NCBI GenBank assembly: GCA_964016885.1
Contig: OZ024742.1
Span: forward strand, 204,972,001-205,036,000
Length of the DNA: 64,000 nt
Reading direction: 5' to 3'
Source: Eledone cirrhosa
Taxonomy: Eukaryota
Shown here: positions 42,961-53,670 of the stretch, piece by piece
How the letters are laid out: every line of letters starts with the position of its first letter
Numbering within the stretch: position 1 is the stretch's first letter
Translations under genes and position numbers: made by a program
Notes under the pieces: generated by a model
What the model was told of the DNA's origin: nothing
Databases searched by the model: none
Seen by the model: only the letters and a program-made list of their open reading frames with translations

Positions 42961-43078
42961 CTGGCTGAGACACTAGGTAGACAATTATGAAAGGTAAATA
43001 ATTTTATGTAAGACTTACATCCTTTTGTGTGTGTGGCTGCTTCTCCATGTTTTCTATCTATATTTGTCTGTTTATCCA
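42961..43078 (+). other. Array/flank junction: terminal copy of the interrupting module (type C); internal type C copies at GT 39764, 40768, 41372
   Basis: Same sequence as the internal modules, but after TTTATCCA it continues into unique flank (TTTCTCCATC...) instead of returning to the satellite. Confidence 0.92.
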
Positions 43079-43529
43079 TTTCTCCATCTTTCTATCTCTC
43101 TGTCTTTTTAGCCCTCAGTGCTTTTCTCTTTGTGACTTTTTTTAATCTATCTATCTGTCTCTTTGTCTAGCCGGCTGTCTGTTCATTTACCTATATGTCT
43201 GTCTATCTATCAATCTATTGATCTATTTGTGTATCTATGTATATAAATATGTGTGAGTGTATACATGTGTGTGTGTGTGTGTACATGTGTATTGTCTTAA
43301 TTATGTGTTCATTAATGCTTTGAGTTTGTTTCACTTAGTTGTGTGGTGTTGGGAGTGGCAGGAATGTCTATAGGACAGTAGGGGACAGGTAAATATAAAT
43401 ACAGGATAACCTGGGAGAGCATTGGGAACAGGAGGGGGTCTGAGTTGAGAAAGTTAACAAGCCATGATGCAGGTGAGGTATTCTCGGTAGTGGGGGAGGA
43501 GCACTGTTGGAAAATTAATGGGGCATGAC

Positions 43530-44110
43530 GTGTGTGTATATCTGTGTATGTGTGTAAATGTCTATGTATGTTTGGAAATGTGTGTGTGTAATGTATGTAT
43601 GTGTGTAACTATGTGTCTCTACCTGACTACATATGTATGTGTGTGCTTATGAACATATATATATATATAAACATAAATACACACTCACACACATGTAACA
43701 TACATACATACACAAATATAGGCACACACCTGCTCACACACACACACACACATAGAGGCACATACACACAAACACTGGCACACACTCCCCTATACACACA
43801 CACACACCTAGAGGCACATACACACACAAACACAGGAACACACTCACCTGCTCACACACATGCACACATAGCAGCATATACATACACACACAAATACAGG
43901 CACACACTCACCTGCTCACACACACAAACACATAGAGGCATATACACACACACATATAGGCACATACACACACAAACAGGCACATACACACACAAATACA
44001 GGCACACACTCACCTGCTGTCACACATAGAGGCACATACACACAAATACGGGCACACACTCACCTGCCTACACACATGCACACACAAATGCAGGCACACA
44101 CAAAACACAT
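43530..44110. repeat. (TG)n/(CA)n low-complexity region with a degenerate AGGCACACACTCACCTGC minisatellite
   Basis: Repeated CA tracts and several GGCACACACTCACCTGC units. Confidence 0.85.
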
Positions 44111-44454
44111 TGCTCTTTTTGAACAATGTGATTAATTGAATAAAATAATCTTTTGAAATGAAAGGTGTGTGAGATATTGTTATTGGGATAGAGTGAATGG
44201 TGGGTTTATATATTTATTAGTTCAGGAAGAGGGGCAGGGCTTCTAGACTCTGGCAACACGAGGGTGGGGTGATTGTGTAGATAATGTGGTTGAGAGTAGT
44301 GTAGTTGAGGTGGGTGAGGGTGAAGCTAATAATGCAGTTGATAAGACAGGGAGGTGTCGGAGGGGTGAAACAGTCAGTGAATAGACACCTTGTTCTCAAA
44401 GAAAGGAAAAAAGGCGGGAAAACATTCTGGATCCCCATAATATTTTCAGATATA

Positions 44455-45345
44455 ACACTATAAACATGTGTGTATATATATATCACTATAGACATGCAAG
44501 TGTATTGATATATACCACTATAGACATGTAAGTGTATTGATATATACCACTACAGACATGTAAGTGTATTGATATATATCACTATAGACATGTAAGTGTA
44601 TTGATATATACCACTACAGACATGTAAGTGTATTGATATATACCACTATAGACATGTAAGTGTATTGATATATACCACTATAGACATGTAAGTGTATTGA
44701 TATATACCACTATAGACATGTAAGTATATTGATATATATACCACTATAGACATGTAAGTGTATTGATATATACCACTATAGACATGTAAGTATATTGATA
44801 TATATCACTATAGACATGTATCTACCACTATGTGTGTGTATGTATATTGATATATACCAATATAAAGATATATGTATATTGATATGTACCACTATATACT
44901 TGTATATAACACTATAAACACGTATATACCACTATAGACATTAAGTATATTGATATATACCACTATAAACATATATGTATATTGTATATATATATATATC
45001 AATATAAACATGTATGTATATTGATATATATATATACCACTATATACATGTATGTATATTGATATATACCACTATAAACGTGTATGTATATTGATATATA
45101 TATGTCAATATAAACATGTATGCATATTGATATATATACCACTATATACATGTATGTATATTGATATATACCACTATCTACATGTATGTATATTGGTATA
45201 TGCCACTATAATCATGTATGTATATTGATATTGCTAGCATCTAACCCATGCTAGCATGGAAAATTGAACATTAAATGGTGATGATGATGATGATCATCAT
45301 CATCACTATAAACATGTATGTATATTTATATATATCACTATTACA
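44455..45345. repeat. 32-bp AT-rich minisatellite (CCACTATAGACATGTAAGTGTATTGATATATA)n
   Basis: Unit spacing of 32 (e.g. 44643 to 44675). Homogeneous over ~44480-44820 and degenerate to the right. Confidence 0.92.
45236..45300 (+). mobile_element. Isolated RTE/SINE 3' tail inside the minisatellite
   Basis: AACCCATGCTAGCATGGAAAATTGAACATTAAATGGTGATGATGATG matches the tails at 50850-50893 and 53080-53128. Confidence 0.75.
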
Positions 45346-45564
45346 TACATATTTAACTAATATGAGGCATGAGAACAAACTATTCCAATAGTTTGAATAT
45401 AGGGTTTGGTTCGAAATTCCAAGAACATTACCTAATATGGCAGCAGGAACCTAAAGATGGAGGGAACATAAAACTAAAGGGTTCAACTAAAATACTGTGA
45501 TTATAACAACCAAGATTGGGACACTGTAGCCTGGATATAGCAGTGTATAATAATGATTATAATT

Positions 45565-46397
45565 CGCCCAGTCCACACAGTAAAATGGTTATGTAGGTGC
45601 CACGACAAAAAGCTCCCAGTACTCACTGTAAAGTGATCGTGTTGCTGCCATGACAAAAATCTCCCAGACCACACTGTAAAGTCATTGTGTTGGTTCCACG
45701 ACAAAAAACGCCCAATCCACACTGTAAAGTGGTTATATTGGTGTCACAACAAAAAGTGTGCAGCCCACACTGTTAAGTAGTTATGTAGATCATCATCATC
45801 ATCATCATTTTACATCCGCTTTTCCCTGCTTGCAAGGGTGGGACGGGAACTGATTCTGGCTTGATTTCTACAGCTGGATGCCCTTCCTAACGCCAACCTC
45901 ATTTACAGTGAGTGCTGGGTGCTTTTTTGCAGTGGAATGATTGGGACCCCAGTCCTATCATCTCATTTCTACAGCTGAGTAAACTGGAGAAAATGTGAAA
46001 TAAAGTGTCTTGCTCAAGGAAACAACACATCACTCGGCCTGAGAATTGAACTCACAACCTTTCGATTGCAAGCCCAATGCTCTAACCACTAAGCCATGCG
46101 CCTTCATGATATCACGACAAAAAGCGCCTAGTCCACACTGTAAAGTGATCATGTATGTGTCATGATACAAAGCACCCAGTACACACTGTAAAGTGATCAT
46201 GTATGTGTCATGATACAAAGCACCCAATACACACTGTAAATGTGGTTGGCATTTGGAAGGGCATCCAGCCATAGAAACTAAGCCAAAATCAGTTCTCTGT
46301 GAGCAAAACATGGTCATCTGACCTGGCTTGTCTCATAATAGAACAGCTCGTCTAACTAATGCTAGCATGAAAAATGGACATCAAATGATGATGATGG
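45565..46397 (+). mobile_element. Non-autonomous RTE-related element: tandem 48-bp units plus GAAGGGCATCCAGCC module plus RTE tail; interrupted by a minus-strand SINE
   Basis: About five 48-bp CCAGTCCACACTGTAAAGT...CACGACAAAAA units at 45568-45790, resuming at 46110-46250. Then GGAAGGGCATCCAGCCATAGAAAC and the tail GCTAGCATGAAAAATGGACATCAAATGATGATG. Confidence 0.7.
45790..46105 (-). mobile_element. tRNA-derived, CORE-like SINE with RTE-derived body and tail
   Basis: On the minus strand: A-box TGGCTTAGTGG, B-box GAGTTCAATTC, CORE-like CCTTGAGCAAGACACTT, then TTAGGAAGGGCATCCAGC and the tail CCCTTGCAAGCAGGGAAAAGCGGATGTAAAATGATGATG. Confidence 0.8.
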
Positions 46398-46709
46398 CTG
46401 GACAGTACAACTAAAACATTGTGACAATAACAACCAAGATAGGGACACAGTAATGTGAATAAATCACAGTGTATAATACATAAAATAGTTATTTCATCTC
46501 TCAGATTAATTTTGTCAAAACTAAATGCTCACTTGTATTTCTGTGATGATTTATAGACATATTCACTGTAGTTTTTGTCCAGTTTTTATTCTCACTTTTC
46601 CTTGTTAGCTTCACAGTATAAATACTTGTAATATGGCATCTTAACTTGCTTACAATTACCTTTTTTTCTTTCACTATGTATGTTTCTTTTATATTGATTA
46701 TTACTATTG

Positions 46710-47020
46710 ATCGTCCCCCCCCCTCTCTCCCTCTCTCTCTCTCTCTCTCAGTTTCTCTTCCCTCCTTTCTCTATTTCTCAATCTCTCATTCATTCTCACG
46801 AACTCTCTTTCACTTTCTCCCCTCTCTCTCACACACCCTCTCCTTCTCACTCACTTTCTCTTTCTATTCCTCTCTCAATCTCTCTTACTCATTTTCACTG
46901 ACTCTTGCTCTCTATCTCTCACTCTTCCTCTTACTTTCTCATTGACTCTCTTTCACTTTTTTCTATCCCTCTCTCTCTCATTCTCACTGACTCTCTTTCA
47001 CTTTCTCCCCCTTCTCTCTC
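46710..47020. repeat. CT-rich polypyrimidine low-complexity tract
   Basis: Almost pure C/T with (CT)n runs. Confidence 0.9.
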
Positions 47021-47116
47021 ATATGCACAGCCAGTTTTTTAATGCATTTTCTTAATTGCTATTTTATATTTTTATCTATACATAACTATATATACATATA
47101 TATATTTCCCCTTCAG

Positions 47117-47225
47117 TGCCAACTATTCCATGAGACTAGTATAATGGTGAGACAGCCAGCTCTGGAAGTTATTGAATACATCAAGAATGCCAATTATGAT
47201 CATCCGGCGCTTAGAGTTATGCTTT
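47117..47225 (+). CDS. DAP3: Internal coding exon of DAP3 / mitochondrial small ribosomal protein mS29 (CQLFHETSIMVRQPALEVIEYIKNANYDHPALRVML+T)
   Basis: Acceptor TTCCCCTTCAG. The peptide aligns with the recalled vertebrate DAP3 segment F.E.CLMVRKPALELL.YLKN....PAIRYLLY. Splices in frame (T+AC=Tyr) to the exon at 49232. Confidence 0.9.
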
Positions 47226-49231
47226 GTATCCTTTTTCTTTGCCTACATTAATCCTCAAACATCTTCACATTTGCTAATTTGTTTTTCCTCCTTTTAAGGG
47301 GTCAGTAAAATAATGTGGCAGCCACTTTAATTGACTATGTCCTTCTTCCTAAATTTGAGGTGCTATGCCTATATCAGAAATCAGTATTAATATTGTTAGG
47401 ACAGGCATGAATGCTACAACTTCCCAGATTTTTCTCTTTATAAAACATGTTCTGGTCTATAATAAGTTAAGCTAGTATGTATCTATGGTCCTGTAATTCC
47501 TGATAGAGTCGTAGAGGTGCCATATGGACATACAGCATTTCTTGGGCATTTTGAGTTTGGCAGAGCTCATCCCTCTCCAGGCCTGAGTACAGTAAATTTC
47601 TTCTACATATAAGTCAGGTGAGCACAAAAGCCAGATTGATTTTATCCTCATCAGCCTCGGCTTCTGATGTAAGCACAAAAGCTAGGCAAACTTGGAAACA
47701 AAAGGCAAATTAGAGAAAGGCCAGTGACAAATTCAAGCATGCCCTGATTGACATTTGTCACTGTAAGGAAGACGTGTTCAAGACCGGCAACATAGTTGAA
47801 CAGTGGAGATTCCTGTGGGATAACCTGCCAGAATGACGTAGAGTAATATGGTGGTGCAATAGGTTGGTAATTAAAATTAAGAATCAGACATTGAAAGACT
47901 AGCAAAATAGGGAAACAGTATCAAGAAGCTAGAAGAGAAGCTAAGCACCAGGAACACTTAGCTAGGAGGGAAGCAGAAAACAATAAGTTTGTACGTATTT
48001 TGCACCATGAAGATCAAAGGCATGGTATTCAGGATTGCAAGGCAGCATGTGAGGGAAAATCAAGATGTTGGGGAGAAATGCATTTGAAATGACAGTGGTG
48101 AAATTGCCCTTACCGAAGCTGAGAAGAAAGAAACATGGAAGTGTCATTATGAGAGACTGTTAAATGAGAAGAATGCAAGGGGGCAAGATGATCTACCTCA
48201 ATCAGATCCAACAGAAGACAAGCCAGCCAAGTTAGCAGCAGTGAAGTAAGACAATTAAGAATATGAAGAAAAGCAAAGCAGTAGGTTCATCAGGGTTAGT
48301 AGCTGAGATTCTGAAAGCATCTGGTTGGATGGAGCACTCATAAACTACATGCATAGTAAAGCAGTTAATACATCCATAATGACAGGCATAGCAAGAACAT
48401 CGTCAACTGCTTTAAGGGCAAAGGAGATGTACTGGACAGAGGAAACTACAGAGGCATCAAGTTGAAGGACCAGGTCATGAAAGTTACTGAAAGAGCTATA
48501 GCACAACTAATTCAGGATAGAATTAACACGGATGAGATAGTTTGGCTTTAGGCTTGGTAAAGGTACCACAGATGGCCTCTTCCTTGTGGGACAGCTGCAA
48601 AAGAAGTACCTAGCACTTATTGATTTGAAAAAAATTTTTGACAGGTTTCCTTGCTCCATAATCTGGTGGGCTCTTAGGAAACCATGGATAGAGAAATGGT
48701 GTTATAAGCCATATACTGAGGTGCAGTCAGTAAAGTTAGAGCCCACAATGAATATAGTGATGAATTTAGTATGCAGGTAGGTATCCATCACCAGGGCACT
48801 GTCCGAAGGCCCCTGCTGTTTATTATTGTCATTCATATCATAACAGGGGAGTTTAAAACTGACTGCCAATGGGAACTCTTATATGCTGATGATCTAGTCC
48901 TCATAGCTCAATCTGCAACAGAATTAGAAACCTATTTCCAGGCATGAAAGCAATGCCTGGAATTAAAAGGCTTCAGAATTAACCCTAGCAAAGATCAAAG
49001 TCCTAGTAAATAAAAAAGAAAACAGAGCCCTGATTCCTTCAGGGAAATTACCTTGCTCAGCATGCAGGAAATGAATAGGTAGAAATTATGATGGTGAGCA
49101 CAGCAGTGGAGATAATGATGATACAATTGTGATCTTCAAATATTTCACATACTGACATCCATACAACATAATGGTAACATTGAAATAAATTGATACAAAA
49201 ACTGTCCGACTTCCTTGACTGTATTTTCCAG
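47226..49231 (+). other. DAP3: U12-type (minor spliceosome) GT-AG intron of DAP3
   Basis: 5' site GTATCCTTTT matches the U12 consensus RTATCCTTT. Branch site TTCCTTGAC at 49211-49219 lies 12 nt before the end of the terminal CAG (49231). Confidence 0.88.
47600..49085 (+). mobile_element. Decayed RTE LINE fragment (endonuclease end to RT to start of PHD), many stops and frameshifts
   Basis: Remnant motifs TYKSGEHKSQIDFIL, WKCHYERLLNE, KGKGDVLDRGNYRGIKL, WELLYADDL and PSGKLPCSAC are collinear with the 969-aa ORF. Confidence 0.88.
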
Positions 49232-49324
49232 ACGGTGAGCGAGGTGTTGGTAAAACCTTGACATTGGCTCATGTCATGCATTTCTGTGCCATCCAAGATT
49301 GGTTACTTATTCACATCTACTGGC
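49232..49324 (+). CDS. DAP3: DAP3 exon encoding the P-loop ([31 protein letters not shown])
   Basis: Walker A GxxGxGKT. Matches recalled DAP3 [28 protein letters not shown]. Donor C|GTAAGT; 93 nt; phases fit both neighbouring exons. Confidence 0.93.
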
Positions 49325-49734
49325 GTAAGTATTCCACTCCTATTTCACATCTTTATCTTATTTTAGCTTTTCTTTTTTTATATGAAACATTTTGGGTGTG
49401 AATATTTTGATAATTTTACAAACACGATTTTTTATACATGTTTTTTGGATATAGCATTTATTATGTATTTATTTTAATAACGTTTTTTTAAGTCCCGAAC
49501 AGAAGGCAGCAGCTAGTATTTCATCATCTGCTGATTCTCTTCCCATCCCAAATCTCTTCTTTTATACATTTGTACTCCTCCTCCTCCTTCACTTACACAG
49601 AATTTACAAGGAAGGTGGTTGTGTGTGGAAGTAGTAGGTAGGAGATAGACATGGCACAGTGCTGCCTGCAGCTATCACATAGTCAGACTGTGAAAGAGTT
49701 AATCTATTGACAGCAATTCTTATAGCTAGAATAG

Positions 49735-49775
<41 letters not shown>

Positions 49776-50060
49776 CGGACGTAAAATGATGATGATGATG
49801 ATAATGATACATATATACACACATATATACATATATGTATGTATGTATGTGTGTGTGTGTATATGTATGTATATATTGGTATGTATGTGTGTATATGTAT
49901 GTATATATTGGTATGTGTGTGTGTGCATGTATATATAGATATGTATGTGTGTGTGTGTATATGTATGTATATATATAGATATGTATAAGTATATATATTT
50001 ATGTGTATATGTAACAATAGACGTTAAATAGTGTGTATATATACTTATGTATGTAACAAT
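49735..50060. repeat. (TA)n/(TATG)n microsatellite containing a ~30-nt RTE tail stub at 49773-49805
   Basis: (TA)n followed by AGCGGACGTAAAATGATGATGATGATG. Confidence 0.85.
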
Positions 50061-50523
50061 AGTCATTAAACAGTGCGACTTGCAGTTGAATGCATGAAAC
50101 TATTAACTTGTGTATGTGTCTGTTTGTTTGTGTGTGTCTGTGCGTGTTTACATACACATGTACATGTTTGAGAGAGATGAGATATGTCTTTGAAAATATA
50201 CCCAGTTGTATTGTAACTATTCTCTTATAAAACTATTGCAACAGAAAATTTTTGTTGTTGATTTTGTCAACCATCCAACTTAATCTCATTTCTTTTCCAA
50301 CAAAAGGTCCTGTCAGAAATCTTTTCTCTCCATCTCATAAATATTATTTTGTGAGCTTTATTTAACTGACTTTTATCAACACAGACAACCTGTTCATTTT
50401 CCAGAAACTAATGTTTTTGTGGTTGATTGATGCCAGCTCAGCTCTGATTGATCAAAACTCTTATCACATAAATAGGTTGATCAAGACTTAGTATGATTCC
50501 TAGATCCATTATTCCAGATTGGT

Positions 50524-50896
50524 GGTGGCGTGGCTGTGTCGTTAAGGAGTTCACTTTGCAACCACATGGTTTTAGGTTCATATACACCTTGAGCACATAT
50601 CTTCTACTATACCTTTGAGTTAACCAATGTTTTGTGAGCCAGATTCAGTAGATGGAAATTATGGAGAAGCCTGTTGTATGTGAGTGTGTGTGTAGGGTAG
50701 AGAGGACTCTTAAGTCTGGTAAAACAACCTCTCTAGTGTTGGGGGCACAAACAATGCACCCAGTCCACACTGTAAAGTGGCTGGGGATAGGAGGGTATCC
50801 AGCCAGTAATACCCAGCCAAAATTATGAAAAGCACGACCAATATGGTTCAACCCATGCAAGCATGGAAAAGCGGACGTAAAAATGATGATGATAAT
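50524..50896 (+). mobile_element. Octopus-type tRNA/CORE-like SINE with (TG)n, RTE 5'-UTR-like body and RTE 3' tail
   Basis: Head GGCGTGGCTGTGTCGTTAAG...AACCACATGGTTTTAGGTTCA; CACCTTGAGCA..TCTTCTACTATA; body 50695-50805 similar to the reverse complement of 61440-61565; tail CCCATGCAAGCATGGAAAAGCGGACGTAAAAATGATGATG. Confidence 0.8.
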
Positions 50897-50955
50897 ATAT
50901 ATGTATATATATATATATGTATGTATGTATGTATGTATATATATATATATATATA

Positions 50956-53131
50956 CTTAATGATGATGGCGTACTTGCCATCACTGACGCTGATAAGAAG
51001 GTCGCTTGGAAGTGTCACTACGAAAGGCTACTAAATGAGGAGAATAAATGGGAGAAAGACAGTCTCCCCCACATCGACCCAATAGAGGGACCAGCAGTGT
51101 TAGTCGAAGGTAGTATAATAAGTAAGGCAATCAAAGATATGAAGACAGGTAAGGCGGCTGGGCCTTCGGAAATAGTTGCTGAGATGCTGAAAGCCTCTGG
51201 AACGGTGGGACACACCGTGGTCACCCGGATAGTAAACCAAGTCATACAGAATGGGGTTGTTCCGAAGGACTGGCATAGCAGCATCATCATTAACTGTTAC
51301 AAGGGTAAAGGAAACGCCCTAGATAGGAGTAACTATAGAGGCATTAAATTAATCGACCAGGTCATGAAGGTCACGGAAAAAGTAATAGCGCAACTAATCA
51401 GAGAGAGAATTGATCTAGATGAAATGCAGTTCGGGTTTGTGTCAGGAAAAAGTACCACAGACGCTCTTTTCATTGTGCGACAACTACAGGAGAAGTACCT
51501 AGCTAAAAGTAAACCCCTATACTTAGCTTTTGTCGACTTGGAGAAAGCCTTCGACAGAGTCTCCCGTTCCATTATCTGGTGGGCTCTTAGAAAACTAGGT
51601 GTTGATGAATGGCTTGTGAGAGCTATACAAGCCATGTATAAAGAAACAGTCAGCAAGGTTAGAATTAACAATGAATATAGTGAAGAGTTTAGCGTAAAAG
51701 TTGGTGTTCATCAGGGCTCTGTTCTTAGCCCCCTACTATTTATTATTGCCCTTCAGGCTATAACAGTGGTGTTCAAGACCGGCTGCCCATGGGAGCTCCT
51801 ATACGCAGATGATCTAACGCCCATAGCTGAATCAATGGCCGAGCTAGAGAAGAAATTCCAAACATGGAAGCACGGCCTAGAATCAAAAGGCCTTAAAATT
51901 AACCTGGCTAAGACTAAAGTTCTAGTTTATAGGAAAGAAAATAAGGCGCCGGTCCCTTCCGGGAAATGGCCATGCTCAGTGTGTAGGAAAGGCGTAGGTA
52001 GAAACTCTATTTTATGTCCCAAATGCAAAGTATGGGTGCATAAAAGATGTAGTGGGATCACAGGTAAGCTAACTAAGAACATAGATTTTACATGTGGCCG
52101 GTGCTCTGGTGCAATAAGTAGCAGCAAGTGCCCACAAAATACTAGCGCTTTCAATTGCGCAGAGGGTTCTATAGAAATAGTGGACAGCTTCCGTTACCTG
52201 GGTGACAAAATCAGCAGTGGAGGAGGGTGCTCGGAAAGTACAGTAGCTAGAGTCAGAACTGGATGGAAAAAGTTCAGAGAGCTTATACCACTATTAGCCG
52301 CTAAAGGGTTCTCCCTAAAAATGAAAGGCAGGCTGTATGATGCCTGCATACGAACAACAATGAGACCTGGGCATTGTGTGCAGAGGATTTACGCAGACTA
52401 GAGAGGAACGAAGCTTGCATGCTCCGCTGGATGTGTAATAGTAATATACGTGAACGGCAAAGCATAAACGAACTAAGGGAAAAATTAGAAATAAGAGGGA
52501 TCAGATGTTTACTCGAGAGAAGGCTACGTTGGTATGGTCATGTGATGCGCATGAAAGACGACAGCTGTATAAAAAAGTGCAGGGCAATAAAGATAGACGG
52601 TAGCCACGGAGTAGGCAGACCCAGAAAAACCTGGGACGACCTGATAAATTCCGACCTCACACACTTACACCTCTCGAAGACAATGTCACTGGACCAAGAT
52701 CTTTGGCGGTACTCAGTAATAGAGAAGACTCGCCTTACCTAAATACAAAGTAAAACCTACTACAGTCAGTAGGCATCTCTAACAAAATACACCCCCGTCC
52801 CACCACCCCCACCCCATCCACGCCGCCCCTTTCAATGTAAATTTATGTTGGTGCCACAACATCCAGGCCGAAACAAATGAGATCGTGTAGGTGTCACGAC
52901 AAAAAAACACACAGTCCACGCTGTAATGTGGCCGTGTAGGCAACACGGTAAAAACCTCCCAGTCCCACACTGTAAATGTGGTTGGTGTTAGGAAGGGCAT
53001 CCAGCTGTAGAAAACCCGCCAGACAGTCCTATGCGAGCAAGACAACCACTCTTGCCTCAAGTGGGAAAACTCCCGTCCAAACCCATGCAAGCGTGGAACA
53101 TGGACGTTAAACGATGATGATGATGATGCTG
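50956..53131 (+). mobile_element. 5'-truncated RTE LINE (RT with YADD, PHD finger, C-terminus) with a frameshift near 52360 and a ~390-nt 3' region ending in (GAT)n
   Basis: ORFs 50917-52401 and 52374-52742: NYRGIKL, FVDLEKAFD, GVHQGSVLSP, LLYADD, FRYLG, RRLRWYGHV, GRPRKTW. Flanked by (TA)n on both sides. Confidence 0.95.
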
Positions 53132-53154
53132 ATATATATATATATATATACATT

Positions 53155-53670
53155 ATGTTTATATGGTGTTATTATTTCTATTGTATTGAGAATACTTTTC
53201 TTAATATGTGTGCAGTGCCTAGTGGGACTATTTTCTGTATATTCTATACATTTGTAAGTCCTGGGGTGTTGGTTATCTGTCTCTGTTATATTGTTTTAAT
53301 CATTCCCAGAGCACCTATTATTATATGGATTGTTTCTGTTTTCATCATCCACATTCAGGTTATTTTTATCTCCGGATCTTTATATTTGGATAATTTATAG
53401 GATAGACATCAATTAGAAGACTTTCTTTTTCATGTGATTGACTATAATGCCCAGTCACTTGCTGTATACAGGAGATGGTTAATTTTCTTGCCGTAGCATT
53501 TATAACTATGTCCATGTCTTGTTTAATATCTCAGATAATCTTGTCAATGAAGAAATGCTGAAAGGGAGTCTCCTTGAAATATCCATCTCTTAATTAGGTT
53601 AGGCCTTTTTTTTATAAATCCATCTTTTGTTAGTATCTGCAGAACTGTTTGTCACTTATCTATGGCATGT
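53155..53670 (-). mobile_element. Decayed R4/Dong-like LINE, 3' part (internally deleted)
   Basis: Minus-strand remnants RWIFQGDSLS, KINHLLY, IIIGALGMI and the C-terminal IQKIVPLGTAHILRKVFSIQ*, typical of R4/Dong ORFs. Confidence 0.8.

Larger units (their letters stand above)
1..43078. repeat. Tandem satellite array, 25-bp monomer GACAGTAGATAGACTGTCTGACTGG (~1,700 copies; left end lies outside the window)
   Basis: Continuous 25-bp periodicity with recurrent variants (GACAGTTCATAGACAGTCTAACTGG, GACATTAGATAG..., GAACAG...). Ends at ...TTTATCCA 43078, followed by non-satellite CT/ATCT-rich sequence. Confidence 0.99.

Noticed and set aside
42961-42993. Terminal module as the missing upstream DAP3 coding exon
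   Set aside because: A phase-0 reading into the AAG|GT donor contains TGA (CAA TTA TGA AAG) and shows no DAP3 similarity.
1-43078. CRISPR-like array (short palindromic repeats)
   Set aside because: Monomers are head-to-tail with no unique spacers, the interruptions are copies of one sequence, there are no cas genes, and the context is eukaryotic.
677-43079. Dozens of minus-strand ORFs with SQSDSLSTVPVRQSIYC repeats as protein-coding genes
   Set aside because: They result from a stop-free 25-bp monomer; frames are broken at random by common variants and indels.
43595-44029. His/Thr-rich ORFs (also 49604-50066) and Leu/Ser-rich ORFs at 46646-46945
   Set aside because: These are translations of (CA)n, (TA)n and (CT)n microsatellites.
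46035-46105. Functional tRNA gene
   Set aside because: A and B boxes are present, but the stems pair poorly and the sequence continues into a CORE-like SINE body.
47290-47385. Possible fragment of another cephalopod SINE 3' region
   Set aside because: The resemblance is from memory and the sequence is too decayed to support a call.
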